DNA of 64,000 nt from Candidatus Omnitrophota bacterium. GTDB taxonomy: Bacteria; Omnitrophota; Gorgyraeia; Aquiviventales; Aquiviventaceae. The DNA is taken from assembly GCA_016209275.1 (NCBI GenBank), contig JACQWM010000029.1, positions 2,692-66,691 on the forward strand, given 5' to 3'. The position numbers and the translations under genes are program-made. Positions 17,062 to 26,949 of the stretch are shown here, in pieces. The stretch's first letter is position 1, and every line of letters begins with the position of its first letter. Under the pieces are notes generated by a model that was not told the DNA's origin, ran no database searches, and worked only from the letters and a program-made list of their open reading frames with translations.

Positions 17062-17850
17062 TCACTTGCCTGCGCCGATGAGAAGGAAATCCGTGCCCAT
17101 CGCGACGAAGAATCCGATCAGCAGCCCAATGCCCACCACGGCTTCCTCTTTCAGCTGGCGCCCAAGGTGCAGCAGCTCGCCGATGATATAGAGGATCGTT
17201 CCAGACGCGAGGGCAAGGCAGAAGGCTTCAAGAGACTCATTAACCCACCAGCCCCCGATGATCGTCCCGAGGAATGTCGGCCCGCCGGCGATGAGCGCAG
17301 TCAGCGACAGAAACCCCCAGCTGACCTGATGGCCGGAGAGCGGGGCGGCAATGCCGAAGCCTTCGGTGGCGTTATGCAGCGCAAAGCCGATCGCCAGCAG
17401 CCAAGCCAACTGCATGGCTCCGCCGGCATAGCCTTGGCCGATCGCCAGCCCTTCAGAGAAGTTATGCAGCCCTAAACCGATCGCGATCATCATCGCGATT
17501 TGTTTCGCGCGTGTCTTGGAAGCCGCGCCGTTTTTCGCCGCACCCAAAAACCGCCATTCGAAGTAGACCAGCCCCAGCAATCCCAGCGAAAAGCCGACCA
17601 CGAAGAGTCCGCCGTATTGGACAGCACCCGTCAACGCCGTCCCGTGCTCCACCGCCGCCTCGATCAATTCTTCGATCTCTTCGAGGAGATGCCCGGTGAT
17701 CTCCACGAGCAAGAAGATGAGCACGCCGGTGGCGATGGCGTTGAGGAACCCTTTGGTCTTCGCTGAGACGTGTCGCAGACGGGCAATCGGCAGCCCCAGC
17801 ACAATCGTTCCCCCAGCCAACAGACCCAGCAACAGCTGTGTGACGTCCAT
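17062..17850 (-). CDS. ZIP-family divalent metal transporter (ZupT-like)
   Basis: GLHNFSEGLAIG and ALHNATEGFGI motifs; multiple TMs. Confidence 0.9.
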   Translation of the reverse strand: MDVTQLLLGLLAGGTIVLGLPIARLRHVSAKTKGFLNAIATGVLIFLLVEITGHLLEEIEELIEAAVEHGTALTGAVQYGGLFVVGFSLGLLGLVYFEWRFLGAAKNGAASKTRAKQIAMMIAIGLGLHNFSEGLAIGQGYAGGAMQLAWLLAIGFALHNATEGFGIAAPLSGHQVSWGFLSLTALIAGGPTFLGTIIGGWWVNESLEAFCLALASGTILYIIGELLHLGRQLKEEAVVGIGLLIGFFVAMGTDFLLIGAGK

Positions 17851-18413
17851 TACGATCCTCCCGAAATTAGCTGAAAGGTGATCGGAATCTCCACCCAGAC
17901 GGCCACTGAGCTCATGCCCCGCTTCGCTGGCTTAAACTGCCACTGCCGCACCGCCTTCAGGGCGGCGGCATCGAGGAGGGACGAGCCTGAAGAGGAGAGC
18001 ACGTCCAGCTGACCGCAACGGCCCGTGGACAGCACCTCCGTCCTCAAGATGACGGTGCCTTCGTCGCCTCGTTGACGCGCCAGCCAGGGATAGACCGGTG
18101 CCGGGTTGCGCAGATAGCCTGGCAAGATCTCGCTGAGCGCTCCGTGCGATTCCGGTGTCACAAGACTCTGCGGCGCTGGCTCAGGCGGCGGCATGGCATC
18201 CAGCGGCAACTCCGATGGCGGTTCCGTCGCTTGGGGGACGACCACCACCTGAGGAGTGCTCGGTGCCGGCCGTGGCGCCAGTAGGCGAATCTCAAGACTC
18301 GTCGGCGCTCGCTCCACATCGAAGGCCACCGGGCTGGTGGTCGGCCATCCGAACAACGCGCCCGCATGGAGCCCCACCGAGAGGCCCAACGCCGTCCTCA
18401 GCACGCCGTTCAT
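17850..18413 (-). CDS. tonB: Energy transducer TonB
   Basis: SVGLH TM, Pro-rich linker, YPWLARQRGDEGTV...LLDAAALKAVRQWQFKPA. Confidence 0.9.
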   Translation of the reverse strand: MNGVLRTALGLSVGLHAGALFGWPTTSPVAFDVERAPTSLEIRLLAPRPAPSTPQVVVVPQATEPPSELPLDAMPPPEPAPQSLVTPESHGALSEILPGYLRNPAPVYPWLARQRGDEGTVILRTEVLSTGRCGQLDVLSSSGSSLLDAAALKAVRQWQFKPAKRGMSSVAVWVEIPITFQLISGGS

Positions 18414-18820
18414 GATTCATCCTGCGCGATTTGGAACGACACCCGCTGCAAGCCGGCGGTGCGTACGGCATCCAAGACGGCCATCACCGTGCCGTGCGCC
18501 ACCTGGCGGTCCGCATTGATGGTCACGAGAGGATCAGCCATCTGCTGCGGCCGCTGCCGCAGCGCATCAGGAAGACTCGGCACCGTAACCGGCTCCTGAT
18601 TCAGAAACACCGCGCCCTCGGCGGTCACGGTGATGGTCAGCGGCTCATCGTTGGGCGCGCTCACCGCCGTCTCCGCCGTGGGCAGAGCCACCAGCAACCC
18701 TTGCTGCATCGTCATCGAGAAGACCCCGAAGATGAAAAAGACCAGCAGCAGGAAAAACATGTCGATCAGCGGGATCATCTCGACCCGCGGACGTTTAGAC
18801 ACGAATGGCTTCACCAGCAT
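18410..18820 (-). CDS. exbD: Biopolymer transport protein ExbD
   Basis: MIPLIDMFFLLLVFF; INADRQV. Confidence 0.9.
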   Translation of the reverse strand: MLVKPFVSKRPRVEMIPLIDMFFLLLVFFIFGVFSMTMQQGLLVALPTAETAVSAPNDEPLTITVTAEGAVFLNQEPVTVPSLPDALRQRPQQMADPLVTINADRQVAHGTVMAVLDAVRTAGLQRVSFQIAQDES

Positions 18821-19421
18821 GTTTCGATCTGCCCTTCTGGTAGAGGATCTGGAAATTCGTCACGTGCGTGGAAATCTGGCTGGCCGCATCTTCCACCTTG
18901 GCGCAAAAATAGTTGTATGCAACAACCGTGGGAATCGCGATGGCGAGCCCTACCACGGTCGTGATGACCGCCTGCGCGATGCCTGAGGCGACGATTTTTG
19001 GATCCGGGATCCGGCCCTCCAGCGCTCCAAAGGCCACAAGGATGCCGGTGACTGTCCCAAAAATCCCTAACAGCGGGGCCACGGTGATGATCGTATCCAG
19101 GACACCTAGATAGCGTTTCATCCGCTTCAGCTCCGCCTGCACCGCCACCTCCAAAGCTCCCTCCAAGGAGAAGTGATGATGGCTCAGTCCGTTGACGAGG
19201 ATTCGCGCGACCGCATCCTGAGACCCTTGGGCTGCTGCGCTCGCCTCATCAAAAAGTCCCCCTTCGGCGAAATGCAGCAGCTTGTGAATGAGCGCCGTAT
19301 CTTGCGCTTGGCGCTCCATGACCCAGAAGACCATGCGCTCGATGACCACGCCAAGCGCAATGATGGAACACAAGAGGAGGGGCCACATGACCGGCCCGCC
19401 CTTCACGAACCAATGCCACAT
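18795..19421 (-). CDS. exbB: ExbB/MotA/TolQ proton channel
   Basis: APLLGIFGTVTGI; GIAQAVITTVVGLAIAIP. Confidence 0.9.
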   Translation of the reverse strand: MWHWFVKGGPVMWPLLLCSIIALGVVIERMVFWVMERQAQDTALIHKLLHFAEGGLFDEASAAAQGSQDAVARILVNGLSHHHFSLEGALEVAVQAELKRMKRYLGVLDTIITVAPLLGIFGTVTGILVAFGALEGRIPDPKIVASGIAQAVITTVVGLAIAIPTVVAYNYFCAKVEDAASQISTHVTNFQILYQKGRSKHAGEAIRV

Positions 19422-19433
19422 CGCCTTCTCCTG

Positions 19434-21503
19434 TTAGAACGCAAAGCCGACCCGCACGCCGCCGTAGATGTTCCGCTCGTAGGCCGGATCAATCCCCCCG
19501 CTGGTCACGCGAGCGTAGTACCGCTCATCAAAAAGGTTGTTGATCCCGCCAACAAGGCTCACATATTCTTTGTAGAGCCGGATCTCGCCGGTGAGATCCC
19601 ACACCTTGTACGAGGGAATGGTTTGGTTGGCGGTGTTGCCGTCATCGCCGAAGTGATCGTCCACAAACGCGCTGCCCAGGCGCGCCTTCACGCGATCCTT
19701 GAAGGCGTACTCCACGCCGAAGCGCATCGTGTACTGGGGCGCATACTGCGGCGTCTTCCCCTGTTGCGGCCCCTTGGTGAACTTGGCATCCAGCAGCATG
19801 AGGTTGAAGAAGGGGCGCAGCGTGCCATACCAGCCGATGAGATCGGCGTCGACGGCCAACTCCACGCCTTGATGGAGGGCATTCCCGACATTCGCCACCG
19901 TGTTGCCGGAGGTGCCAATCTGATCATTGAATCGCAACAGAAAATAGCTCATATCCCAGGTGAGGGCTTGCGCATACCGGCCCCGCATCCCGACATCGAA
20001 AGTCCAACTCTTCCCCTCCGCCAGGTCGCCGCTCACCACTTGGGTCGCTCCGGTCGGGACCGCCTGAGTAAAGAGCTTCGGCCGATACCCTTGGGAGAAA
20101 TTGCTATACAGCCGCGTTTCAGGTGTGAGATCGTAGCCCGCCCCAACGCCAAACAGCGGCACGAAATCAAACTCATCCGCATCGCCCAGCGCCACATGTG
20201 TCTTGCTCGTATTCGCCTGCTCTTTCACATGCTGCCAGATATGCTCCAGCCGCACCCCCGGGGTGACCGACAGCGATCCTAGACGGAAGAGGTGCTCGGC
20301 AAAGAGCGACAGGTACTGCATCTGCCGATCGCTTTTGTTGGTCAACGCGCCGGTTTCTGCCGCCGGGGTCGCGCCAGTTTGATCTTCGCGTGGCGAGTCA
20401 GAAAAATACGACAGCAGCCCCACGGTGAAGGCGTGTCCCAGCTGCCCAAAGGCGTCGTAGCTGTGCCGGAATCGCGGCTCCATGCCAAACGTGTAGAAAT
20501 CTTGCTCTTGGATGGCGTTGGTGGTCCCTGTCGGCGCCGTGCCAAACCCGCCGCCGTTCTGGCGTTTGCTCCAGCGTCGATAATGCCCGCCGAAGATCCG
20601 AAGATCCAGCTCGGTGCGCTCTCCCATCGATCGCTCATAGCGCAAGGTGCCATAGGCGCGTTCAAGACGAAATCGGTCATTGAATCGCGTGGTCCGGTCG
20701 CGCCCTTCGCTATCCGCCACGGTTTTCGTCAGCCCCCCCGGCTCGCCATGCTCTTCGCGATACTCGTCAAAAGAGAGGGCGAGCCTGGAGTCCGTCGTCT
20801 GTCCGTAGGTCGCCGTCACACCGCCGCCCAAGACCTCCACGTCGCTGTTCGTTTCGCGAAAGCCGTTCGTTTCTCGTTCATGGACATAGCCGCGGAAGCC
20901 TAGCGGCTTGACCATGCCGGTCAGCGTGGTGTAGTGCGAAAACAACTCATCGGTCCCAAAGCTGTTTTCGCTGTAGATAGCCAACGGGGTATCGGCCGCC
21001 GGCGGCTTGGTGATAAAATTCAGCGCTCCGCCTGGTTGCGGCCCGTACAGCAATGAGGCCCCCCCCTGGATGAACTCGATCCGGTCGATACTCTGAAAAG
21101 GCGGGGTGTAATACACTTCAGGGTAGCCGAAGATTTCCGCCTGAATCGGCATCCCGTCTTTGAGTACTTGCATAAACTGCACCCGATCCGGGGCCAGGCC
21201 GCGATAGCCGATGCTCAGCAGCGGGGTGGTTTCTTCACTCAGCAGCAATCCAGGCGTTTTCTCCAAGGCCTGCCGGTAGTTGTTGTTGATGATCGTCGGC
21301 TGAGCCTTCAAGTCGATCACCGCGGTTTTCTTTCCAGCGTAGAGGGAAGTGCCGGCGACGTCGGGCAAGAAGGGTTGGCTGCTCTGAAGTTCCTCGGCTT
21401 GGACTCTCACCTCTTCCAGGCGAGGCGTCTTTTCCGCAGCGGATTCCGACGCCCACCACCAGGGCAATACCAGCGCCAACCAAACAACTCTTCGACATTC
21501 CAT
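19434..21503 (-). CDS. TonB-dependent receptor (FecA-like)
   Basis: Signal peptide, plug motif IDRIEFIQGGASLLYGPQPGGALNFIT, NNLFDERYY, terminal Phe. Confidence 0.9.
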   Translation of the reverse strand: MECRRVVWLALVLPWWWASESAAEKTPRLEEVRVQAEELQSSQPFLPDVAGTSLYAGKKTAVIDLKAQPTIINNNYRQALEKTPGLLLSEETTPLLSIGYRGLAPDRVQFMQVLKDGMPIQAEIFGYPEVYYTPPFQSIDRIEFIQGGASLLYGPQPGGALNFITKPPAADTPLAIYSENSFGTDELFSHYTTLTGMVKPLGFRGYVHERETNGFRETNSDVEVLGGGVTATYGQTTDSRLALSFDEYREEHGEPGGLTKTVADSEGRDRTTRFNDRFRLERAYGTLRYERSMGERTELDLRIFGGHYRRWSKRQNGGGFGTAPTGTTNAIQEQDFYTFGMEPRFRHSYDAFGQLGHAFTVGLLSYFSDSPREDQTGATPAAETGALTNKSDRQMQYLSLFAEHLFRLGSLSVTPGVRLEHIWQHVKEQANTSKTHVALGDADEFDFVPLFGVGAGYDLTPETRLYSNFSQGYRPKLFTQAVPTGATQVVSGDLAEGKSWTFDVGMRGRYAQALTWDMSYFLLRFNDQIGTSGNTVANVGNALHQGVELAVDADLIGWYGTLRPFFNLMLLDAKFTKGPQQGKTPQYAPQYTMRFGVEYAFKDRVKARLGSAFVDDHFGDDGNTANQTIPSYKVWDLTGEIRLYKEYVSLVGGINNLFDERYYARVTSGGIDPAYERNIYGGVRVGFAF

Positions 21504-21520
21504 GGGATTCCTCTCGGCGC

Positions 21521-21763
21521 TCAGCGGCCGAATGCTGGTCCATGGCTTCCGGTCGTCCGGTCAGCCTGCGACGATGTCTCATGAGAGCCTCCTGCGGGCA
21601 GGTCGGCGTGCGGCGAGACGAGTCGAATCTTCTCTGCCTTTTCAATTTGCACCACATGAGAATCGTGAATGGTAATTTGGACACAGCCATACTGAATGCT
21701 GCTGATGGCCCGCGCAATCTGTGCTAAGACATCGGGCGAGAGCGCGCGAGGCGAGGCGGTCAT
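21521..21763 (-). CDS. DUF2292/YezD-family small protein
   Basis: AISSIQYGCVQITIHDSHVVQIEKAEKIRL. Confidence 0.8.
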   Translation of the reverse strand: MTASPRALSPDVLAQIARAISSIQYGCVQITIHDSHVVQIEKAEKIRLVSPHADLPAGGSHETSSQADRTTGSHGPAFGR

Positions 21764-22251
21764 TACGCCACCACCTCTTCCACATGCAAGTGCGGCGGAT
21801 GGAGTCTTGCCAACGAGGCCGGAGCGATCCGCTGGCAGCGTTGGCACAGCCCGTAGAGCTTATGCGTATGGGACAAGAGCTGATACTTGAACCGCTTGAC
21901 CACCGCGTCTTGCAGATCTTCGATCCGCGGCTCCTGGAATTCGATGATTTCCCCGCACCGCACGCACATCAGATGATCATGGTGCGCTTTGCCGAAGGTG
22001 ACTTCGTAGTTTGGCGGGCCGTAGCGGAAATCGTGCTTCTCCACCGCCCCCGCCTGATGCAGCAGGGCCAGGGTGCGATAGACCGTCCCTCGCGCCACGG
22101 ATGCATCGATGCGGCGCACATCGTTGACCAGGCCTTCAGCCGTAAAATGAAGAAATTTGACCGCCCGGCGAGTGATCAGTCGGCGCTCCGCGGTCAACCG
22201 TATCCCATGGCCCTTCAGCAGCTGTTCAACCTTCTCGAGTCGTTGGCTCAT
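21763..22251 (-). CDS. fur: Fur-family transcriptional regulator
   Basis: GTVYRTLALL, HHDHLMCVRCG, CQRC. Confidence 0.85.
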   Translation of the reverse strand: MSQRLEKVEQLLKGHGIRLTAERRLITRRAVKFLHFTAEGLVNDVRRIDASVARGTVYRTLALLHQAGAVEKHDFRYGPPNYEVTFGKAHHDHLMCVRCGEIIEFQEPRIEDLQDAVVKRFKYQLLSHTHKLYGLCQRCQRIAPASLARLHPPHLHVEEVVA

Positions 22252-22253
22252 AT

Positions 22254-22301
22254 TTGAGACTTAGTCTCAACTAGAATACTCAAACATGACACTTGTGTCA
22301 A
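22254..22301 (-). promoter_or_regulatory. Promoter (TTGACA-17-TATTCT) with probable Fur-family operator TTGAGAC-n3-GTCTCAA at 22254-22270
   Basis: Perfect inverted repeat between the -10 hexamer and the start codon. Confidence 0.7.
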
Positions 22302-22311
22302 CTTTTATTTT

Positions 22312-22341
22312 AAAAAAATCGCCTGGGGTATTCCCCAGGCG
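22312..22341 (-). terminator. Rho-independent terminator of the TCA operon
   Basis: CGCCTGGGG-AATA-CCCCAGGCG followed by a T7 tract on the minus strand. Confidence 0.8.
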
Positions 22342-22378
22342 CTGCGTGCCTCAATCACCCAATCACTGAATCACTCAA

Positions 22379-22603
22379 TCACTGATCAATCGCTTCCACC
22401 CCCGTAATTTCCGGCACCTCAGCGCGGATCGCGCGCTCGATGCCCATCTTCAAGGTCATCGTCGACGACGGGCAGCCGACGCAGGCCCCGATGAGGCGGA
22501 CCTTGACCACGCCGTCCACCACGTCGACGAGCTGGATGTCGCCGCCATCCATCTGGACGGCCGGACGAATGCGATTGATCACCTGTTCTACACGGTCTTT
22601 CAT
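22379..22603 (-). CDS. NifU C-terminal (NfuA-like) Fe-S carrier
   Basis: [30 protein letters not shown]. Confidence 0.9.
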   Translation of the reverse strand: MKDRVEQVINRIRPAVQMDGGDIQLVDVVDGVVKVRLIGACVGCPSSTMTLKMGIERAIRAEVPEITGVEAIDQ

Positions 22604-23511
22604 CCTGGTCTCCTTGATGAACTTCCCGTCGCTGGTTTTAAGCTTAGCACATCTTTGACCGCTTGGCCAATGGCGGCGGGGCTTTCCACGATGGTCACAC
22701 CGGCGGCGCGCAGCGTGGCCATCTTCTCCACCGCGGTGCCATGAGCTCCAGCGATGATCGCCCCGGCATGGCCCATCCGCTTTTCTTTCGGTGCCATCCG
22801 CCCCGCGACAAATGCAAAGACCGGTTTCGTCACGTGGGCTTTGATATAGGCGGCGGCCTCCTCTTCTTCCGTGCCACCGATTTCGCCGATCATGACGATA
22901 GCCTCGGTCTGCGGATCCTGTTGCAGCAGCGGCAGCAGATGAACGAAGCTCGTACCTAGCACCGGATCGCCGCCGATCCCAATGCAGGTGGATTGGCCCA
23001 AACCGGCTTGTGTGAGTTGATAGACCGCATCGTACGTCAGCGTCCCGCTGCGCGAGAGGACGGCGACTGATCCCGGCCGGTGGATATAGCCTGGCATGAT
23101 GCCGACCTTGCACGCCCCCGGCGTGATCAACCCTGGGCAATTCGGGCCGATGATGCGAATGGATGTTCCCGCTATTCGGCGACGGATCTTGAGCATGTCG
23201 ATGGTCGGAATGCCCTCGGTAATAATGACGATGAGTCGAAGCCCGGCTTCGATCGCCTCGACCATGGCGTCATAGGCAAATTTCGCCGGCACAAAAATGA
23301 CCGAGGTGTTCGCACCGGTAGCTTGCACGGCTTCCTTGACCGTGTTGAACACTGGGACATTGTGGATTTTCTCGCCGCCCTTCTTTGGCGTGACCCCGGC
23401 CACGACGGAGCCTGGCGCGTATTCCACCATTTTCTCGGTGTGAAAGGCGCCCGCCTGGCCGGTGATGCCCTGCACGACCACCCGTGTATCCTTACCAACT
23501 AAAATGCTCAT
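22600..23511 (-). CDS. sucD: Succinyl-CoA synthetase alpha subunit
   Basis: [29 protein letters not shown]. Confidence 0.95.
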   Translation of the reverse strand: MSILVGKDTRVVVQGITGQAGAFHTEKMVEYAPGSVVAGVTPKKGGEKIHNVPVFNTVKEAVQATGANTSVIFVPAKFAYDAMVEAIEAGLRLIVIITEGIPTIDMLKIRRRIAGTSIRIIGPNCPGLITPGACKVGIMPGYIHRPGSVAVLSRSGTLTYDAVYQLTQAGLGQSTCIGIGGDPVLGTSFVHLLPLLQQDPQTEAIVMIGEIGGTEEEEAAAYIKAHVTKPVFAFVAGRMAPKEKRMGHAGAIIAGAHGTAVEKMATLRAAGVTIVESPAAIGQAVKDVLSLKPATGSSSRRPG

Positions 23512-23520
23512 ATCAATTTC

Positions 23521-23575
23521 GTTCCAGGTTCCAGGTTCCAGGTTTGCCGCCAACGTGAAACTTGAAACCTGAAAC
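23521..23575. repeat. Intergenic heptamer repeats (GTTCCAG)3 ... (GAAAC[TC]T)n
   Basis: Read directly between sucC and sucD. Confidence 0.8.
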
Positions 23576-23576
23576 G

Positions 23577-24761
23577 TTATTTGGCAAGTTCCACGACTTT
23601 GCGGGCGGCGGCTTCGAGCTCATCGACGCTGATCAGGTTCAACCGTTTGGCCTGGGTGAGCAGGCGGCGGCCTTCCTCAACATTCGTCCCCTGCAAGCGG
23701 ACAACGATGGGAACTTTCACGTCGAGTTGCTCGGTCGCATTGAGCAGCCCTTGCGCGATCCAGTCGCAGCGCATGATGCCGCCGAAAATGTTCACCAACA
23801 CGGCTTTCGCCTTCGGATCGGCGAGGATGATCGAAAAGGCGTTGGCCACCTGCTCGACATTCGCTCCGCCGCCCACGTCGAGAAAATTGGCCGGCTCCCC
23901 GCCGCAGAGTTTGATGATGTCGTTCGTCGCCATCGCCAATCCGGCCCCGTTGACCAGGCAGCCGATGTTTCCGTCCAGGCCGACATAGGAAATGCCGATC
24001 TTCGCGGCGTTCAGCTCCAGCGGATGCTCTTGGCTTTCATCGCGCAGGGCCGCGAGCTGCGGATGGCGAAACAGCGCGTTATCATCGAGGGTGACTTTGG
24101 CATCCAGGGCGAGCAACCGCTGATCGCTCGTAATGATCAGCGGGTTGATTTCAATCAAGGAGGTGTCGGCGGAAAGAAACACGTTCCACATGCCGCGGAC
24201 CACGCTCGCACAGGATTCCGTCAGCGCTCCGGCGCACCCTAACGCTGCCGCGAGGCGATCGACCATGGGGTCCTGCACGCCGCCAATGATATCCACCGGC
24301 TCGCGGAGAATCGCCGCAGGCGTCGTCGCCGCGACCTCTTCGATATCCACACCGCCTCGCTGGCTGGCCAGGAACATCGGACGCGCGTTGAAGCGGTCAA
24401 TGGTCAGGGCCAGGTACAACTCCTTGGCCGGCTCAATGCGCTCATCAATGAGAACGGCGGAAACGGGCAGCCCTTGGGGGCCGGTTTGCTTTGTCACGAG
24501 CCGCCGCCCCAGCAAGCCGGCGGATTTCTCAGCGGCTTCTGCCGCGCTGCCGGCCACCAGCACCCCGCCGGCCTTGCCCCGGCCGCCAGCGTGAAGCTGG
24601 GCTTTGATGTTCGCGGCGCACGGCGTGGGATGGCCAAGCTCTCGTCGGAGGGTCTCGTACGCGGCGGAGGCTTCTTGAGGGGTCTTGGCGACATGCCCTC
24701 GCTGGATGGGAATGCCGGCCGAGGCAAAGAGCTGCTTCGCCTGATACTCGTGGAGCTTCAT
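23577..24761 (-). CDS. sucC: Succinyl-CoA synthetase beta subunit
   Basis: [37 protein letters not shown]. Confidence 0.95.
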   Translation of the reverse strand: MKLHEYQAKQLFASAGIPIQRGHVAKTPQEASAAYETLRRELGHPTPCAANIKAQLHAGGRGKAGGVLVAGSAAEAAEKSAGLLGRRLVTKQTGPQGLPVSAVLIDERIEPAKELYLALTIDRFNARPMFLASQRGGVDIEEVAATTPAAILREPVDIIGGVQDPMVDRLAAALGCAGALTESCASVVRGMWNVFLSADTSLIEINPLIITSDQRLLALDAKVTLDDNALFRHPQLAALRDESQEHPLELNAAKIGISYVGLDGNIGCLVNGAGLAMATNDIIKLCGGEPANFLDVGGGANVEQVANAFSIILADPKAKAVLVNIFGGIMRCDWIAQGLLNATEQLDVKVPIVVRLQGTNVEEGRRLLTQAKRLNLISVDELEAAARKVVELAK

Positions 24762-24771
24762 GCGCGACTCC

Positions 24772-24831
24772 GGCCACTTGGCCACTTGCCTGCCCGCCGA
24801 AGCCTTGGCGGAGGCGGGGCCACTTGGCCAC
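24772..24831. repeat. TGGCCACT octamer tract interrupted by a CCGCCGAAGCCTTGGCGGAGGCGG hairpin element
   Basis: Octamers on both sides of a different palindromic element. Confidence 0.75.
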
Positions 24832-24837
24832 GCGTCG

Positions 24838-26943
24838 TCATTTGCGTTGAGCGAGGGGTGTCACTTTCAAATCGCGGGGGCCGATGTAGGCGGCGAGCGG
24901 GCGGATGAGGCGGTTGTCGGCGGCCTGCTCAATGATGTGCGCGGACCACCCAGCACTCCGCGCGACCGCAAACATGGTCGTAAACAGCTCGGTGGGAATG
25001 CCCAGGTAGTGCAGCAGCGAGGCGGAATAAAAATCCACGTTGATATAGAGCCCCTTGGCCTTGAAGACCGCTTCCTGCAGCCGCTCGGAAATCTCATACC
25101 ACTTCAACTCGTTGGCGGCCTGGCCCAGCGGCCTGGTGAACGCTTTCAAGTGCTTGGCGCGGGGGTCTTCCCCCTTGTAGACGCGGTGGCCGAAGCCCAT
25201 GAAGCGCTTGTGATCCGCCAGCGTTTTGTGCACGTACGTTTCCACCTGATCCGCGCCGCCGATTTCCAGCAGCATCTCCATCGCCTTGCGGTTCGCCGCG
25301 CCATGCAGCGAGCCCTTCAGCGCCCCGATCGCGCCGGCGACGGCGGAATAGTAGTCGGCGCGCGTGGAGACGATGACGCGCGCGGCAAAGGTGGAGGCAT
25401 TGTAGCTGTGGTCGGCCAAGAGGATGAAATAGGCATCGAGCGCTCGGGCTTGCGGCTCGCTCGGCTCTTCGCCGTGCAGCATATAGAGGAAGTTGGCCGC
25501 ATGAGCCAGGCCGGATTTTGGGGGCACGAGGGGAGCGCCGCTGCGGATGCGGGCGATGGCGGCGACGAGGCTCGACATCTTGGCGATCGTGCGGACGGCC
25601 TGGCGCTGCATCACCTCCGCGGACTCGGCATCGGCTTCCGGATCATCGAGCCCGAGGAATGAGACCGCCGTGCGCAGCAGCCCCATGGGGTCGGCCCGGT
25701 ACGGCAGGCTCTGCAGGCACGCCAGGACTTGCGGCTCCAGAGCGCGCGAAGAGTCAAGCTGCTTGGTCCAATCGGCCAGCTGGCTGCGTGTCGGCAAGGC
25801 GCCAAAGAGGAGCAAATAGCTGACCTCTTCGTATGTGGTCTTGCCGATCAACTCATCGATGTTGTAGCCGCGGTACACCAATTGGCAGCGCTGGCCGTCG
25901 ACATCGGAAATGGCGGTCTCGCCGGCGACGACGCCTTCAAGGCCTTTGGCGATGATCGGCGCAGCCGTCGGCGCGGGCGCGGGCGCGGCCGCGGGAGCCG
26001 CCGGTTTCGCTTGCAGCGCGGCAAGCGCTTGCATCCCCTCGCTGACTTGCCGGGCGGAGGCGGCGAGGGCGGCGTGCTCGGCCTCGCTGAGCGGCAGCTC
26101 GACGACGCGCTCAATGCCATGAGCGCCGAGCTGCACCGGCACGCCGATGCACACATCGCGCAATCCGTATTCACCGTGCAGCAGCGCGCAGGCCGGCAGC
26201 ACCTCATGCGTATCGTTCAGGATCGCCTGCGCCATCAGCACAGCGCTGCTGGCCGGCGCGTAAAAGGCGCTGCCCTGCTTGAGCAGATTGACAATCTCCG
26301 CGCCGCCGTTTTTCGTCCGCTCCAGCATCGCGGCGAGCTCCGCCTCCGGCAGGCGCGAATCAATCGGCTGATGATCCACCTGAATAGAGTGCGGCAGCGG
26401 GACCATGAGATCGCCGTGCGAGCCGAGGACCATCGCTTCGACACTGCGCGGAGCGACTTGCAGCCGCTCCGCGACAAACGCCCGCAGGCGCGCGCTATCC
26501 AAAACCCCGGCCATGCCCATGACGCGCTCGCGGGGAAACTTCGTCTTCTCAATGGCGAGGGCCACCATCATGTCGAGGGGATTCGTCACGACGATGACGA
26601 CGGCCTCCGGGGCCAGCTGCGCGATGCGCTCCGCGATGGGCCCGACGATATTGGCGTTGGCGAGGAGCAGGTCATCCCGCGACATGCCGGGCTTGCGGGC
26701 CAACCCTGCGGTGATGATGGCCAGGCGGCTGCCGGCGAGGGCGGCAAGATCCGTCGTGCCGCGAATCGACACGGAGAACCCCTCGACCGGGGCTGACTCA
26801 AACATGTCAAGGGCTTTGCCCTTGGCTAGCCCATCGACGACGTCAATGAGGGTGATATCCGCGAGGCCTTTGAGGGCGAGCAGGTGGGCCGTGGTGGCCC
26901 CGACTTGTCCAGCGCCAATCACGGTGACACGAGGAAGCGACAT
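24838..26943 (-). CDS. Malate dehydrogenase-citrate synthase fusion protein
   Basis: N-half: GAGQVG, GLARKPGMSRDDL, VTNPLD, LDSAR, GSHGD (LDH-like MDH). Ala/Pro linker. C-half: KGLEGVVAGETAIS, DHSYNASTF, LHGAAN, GFGHRVYK, NVDFYS (citrate synthase). Confidence 0.92.
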   Translation of the reverse strand: MSLPRVTVIGAGQVGATTAHLLALKGLADITLIDVVDGLAKGKALDMFESAPVEGFSVSIRGTTDLAALAGSRLAIITAGLARKPGMSRDDLLLANANIVGPIAERIAQLAPEAVVIVVTNPLDMMVALAIEKTKFPRERVMGMAGVLDSARLRAFVAERLQVAPRSVEAMVLGSHGDLMVPLPHSIQVDHQPIDSRLPEAELAAMLERTKNGGAEIVNLLKQGSAFYAPASSAVLMAQAILNDTHEVLPACALLHGEYGLRDVCIGVPVQLGAHGIERVVELPLSEAEHAALAASARQVSEGMQALAALQAKPAAPAAAPAPAPTAAPIIAKGLEGVVAGETAISDVDGQRCQLVYRGYNIDELIGKTTYEEVSYLLLFGALPTRSQLADWTKQLDSSRALEPQVLACLQSLPYRADPMGLLRTAVSFLGLDDPEADAESAEVMQRQAVRTIAKMSSLVAAIARIRSGAPLVPPKSGLAHAANFLYMLHGEEPSEPQARALDAYFILLADHSYNASTFAARVIVSTRADYYSAVAGAIGALKGSLHGAANRKAMEMLLEIGGADQVETYVHKTLADHKRFMGFGHRVYKGEDPRAKHLKAFTRPLGQAANELKWYEISERLQEAVFKAKGLYINVDFYSASLLHYLGIPTELFTTMFAVARSAGWSAHIIEQAADNRLIRPLAAYIGPRDLKVTPLAQRK

Positions 26944-26949
26944 GCGGAC

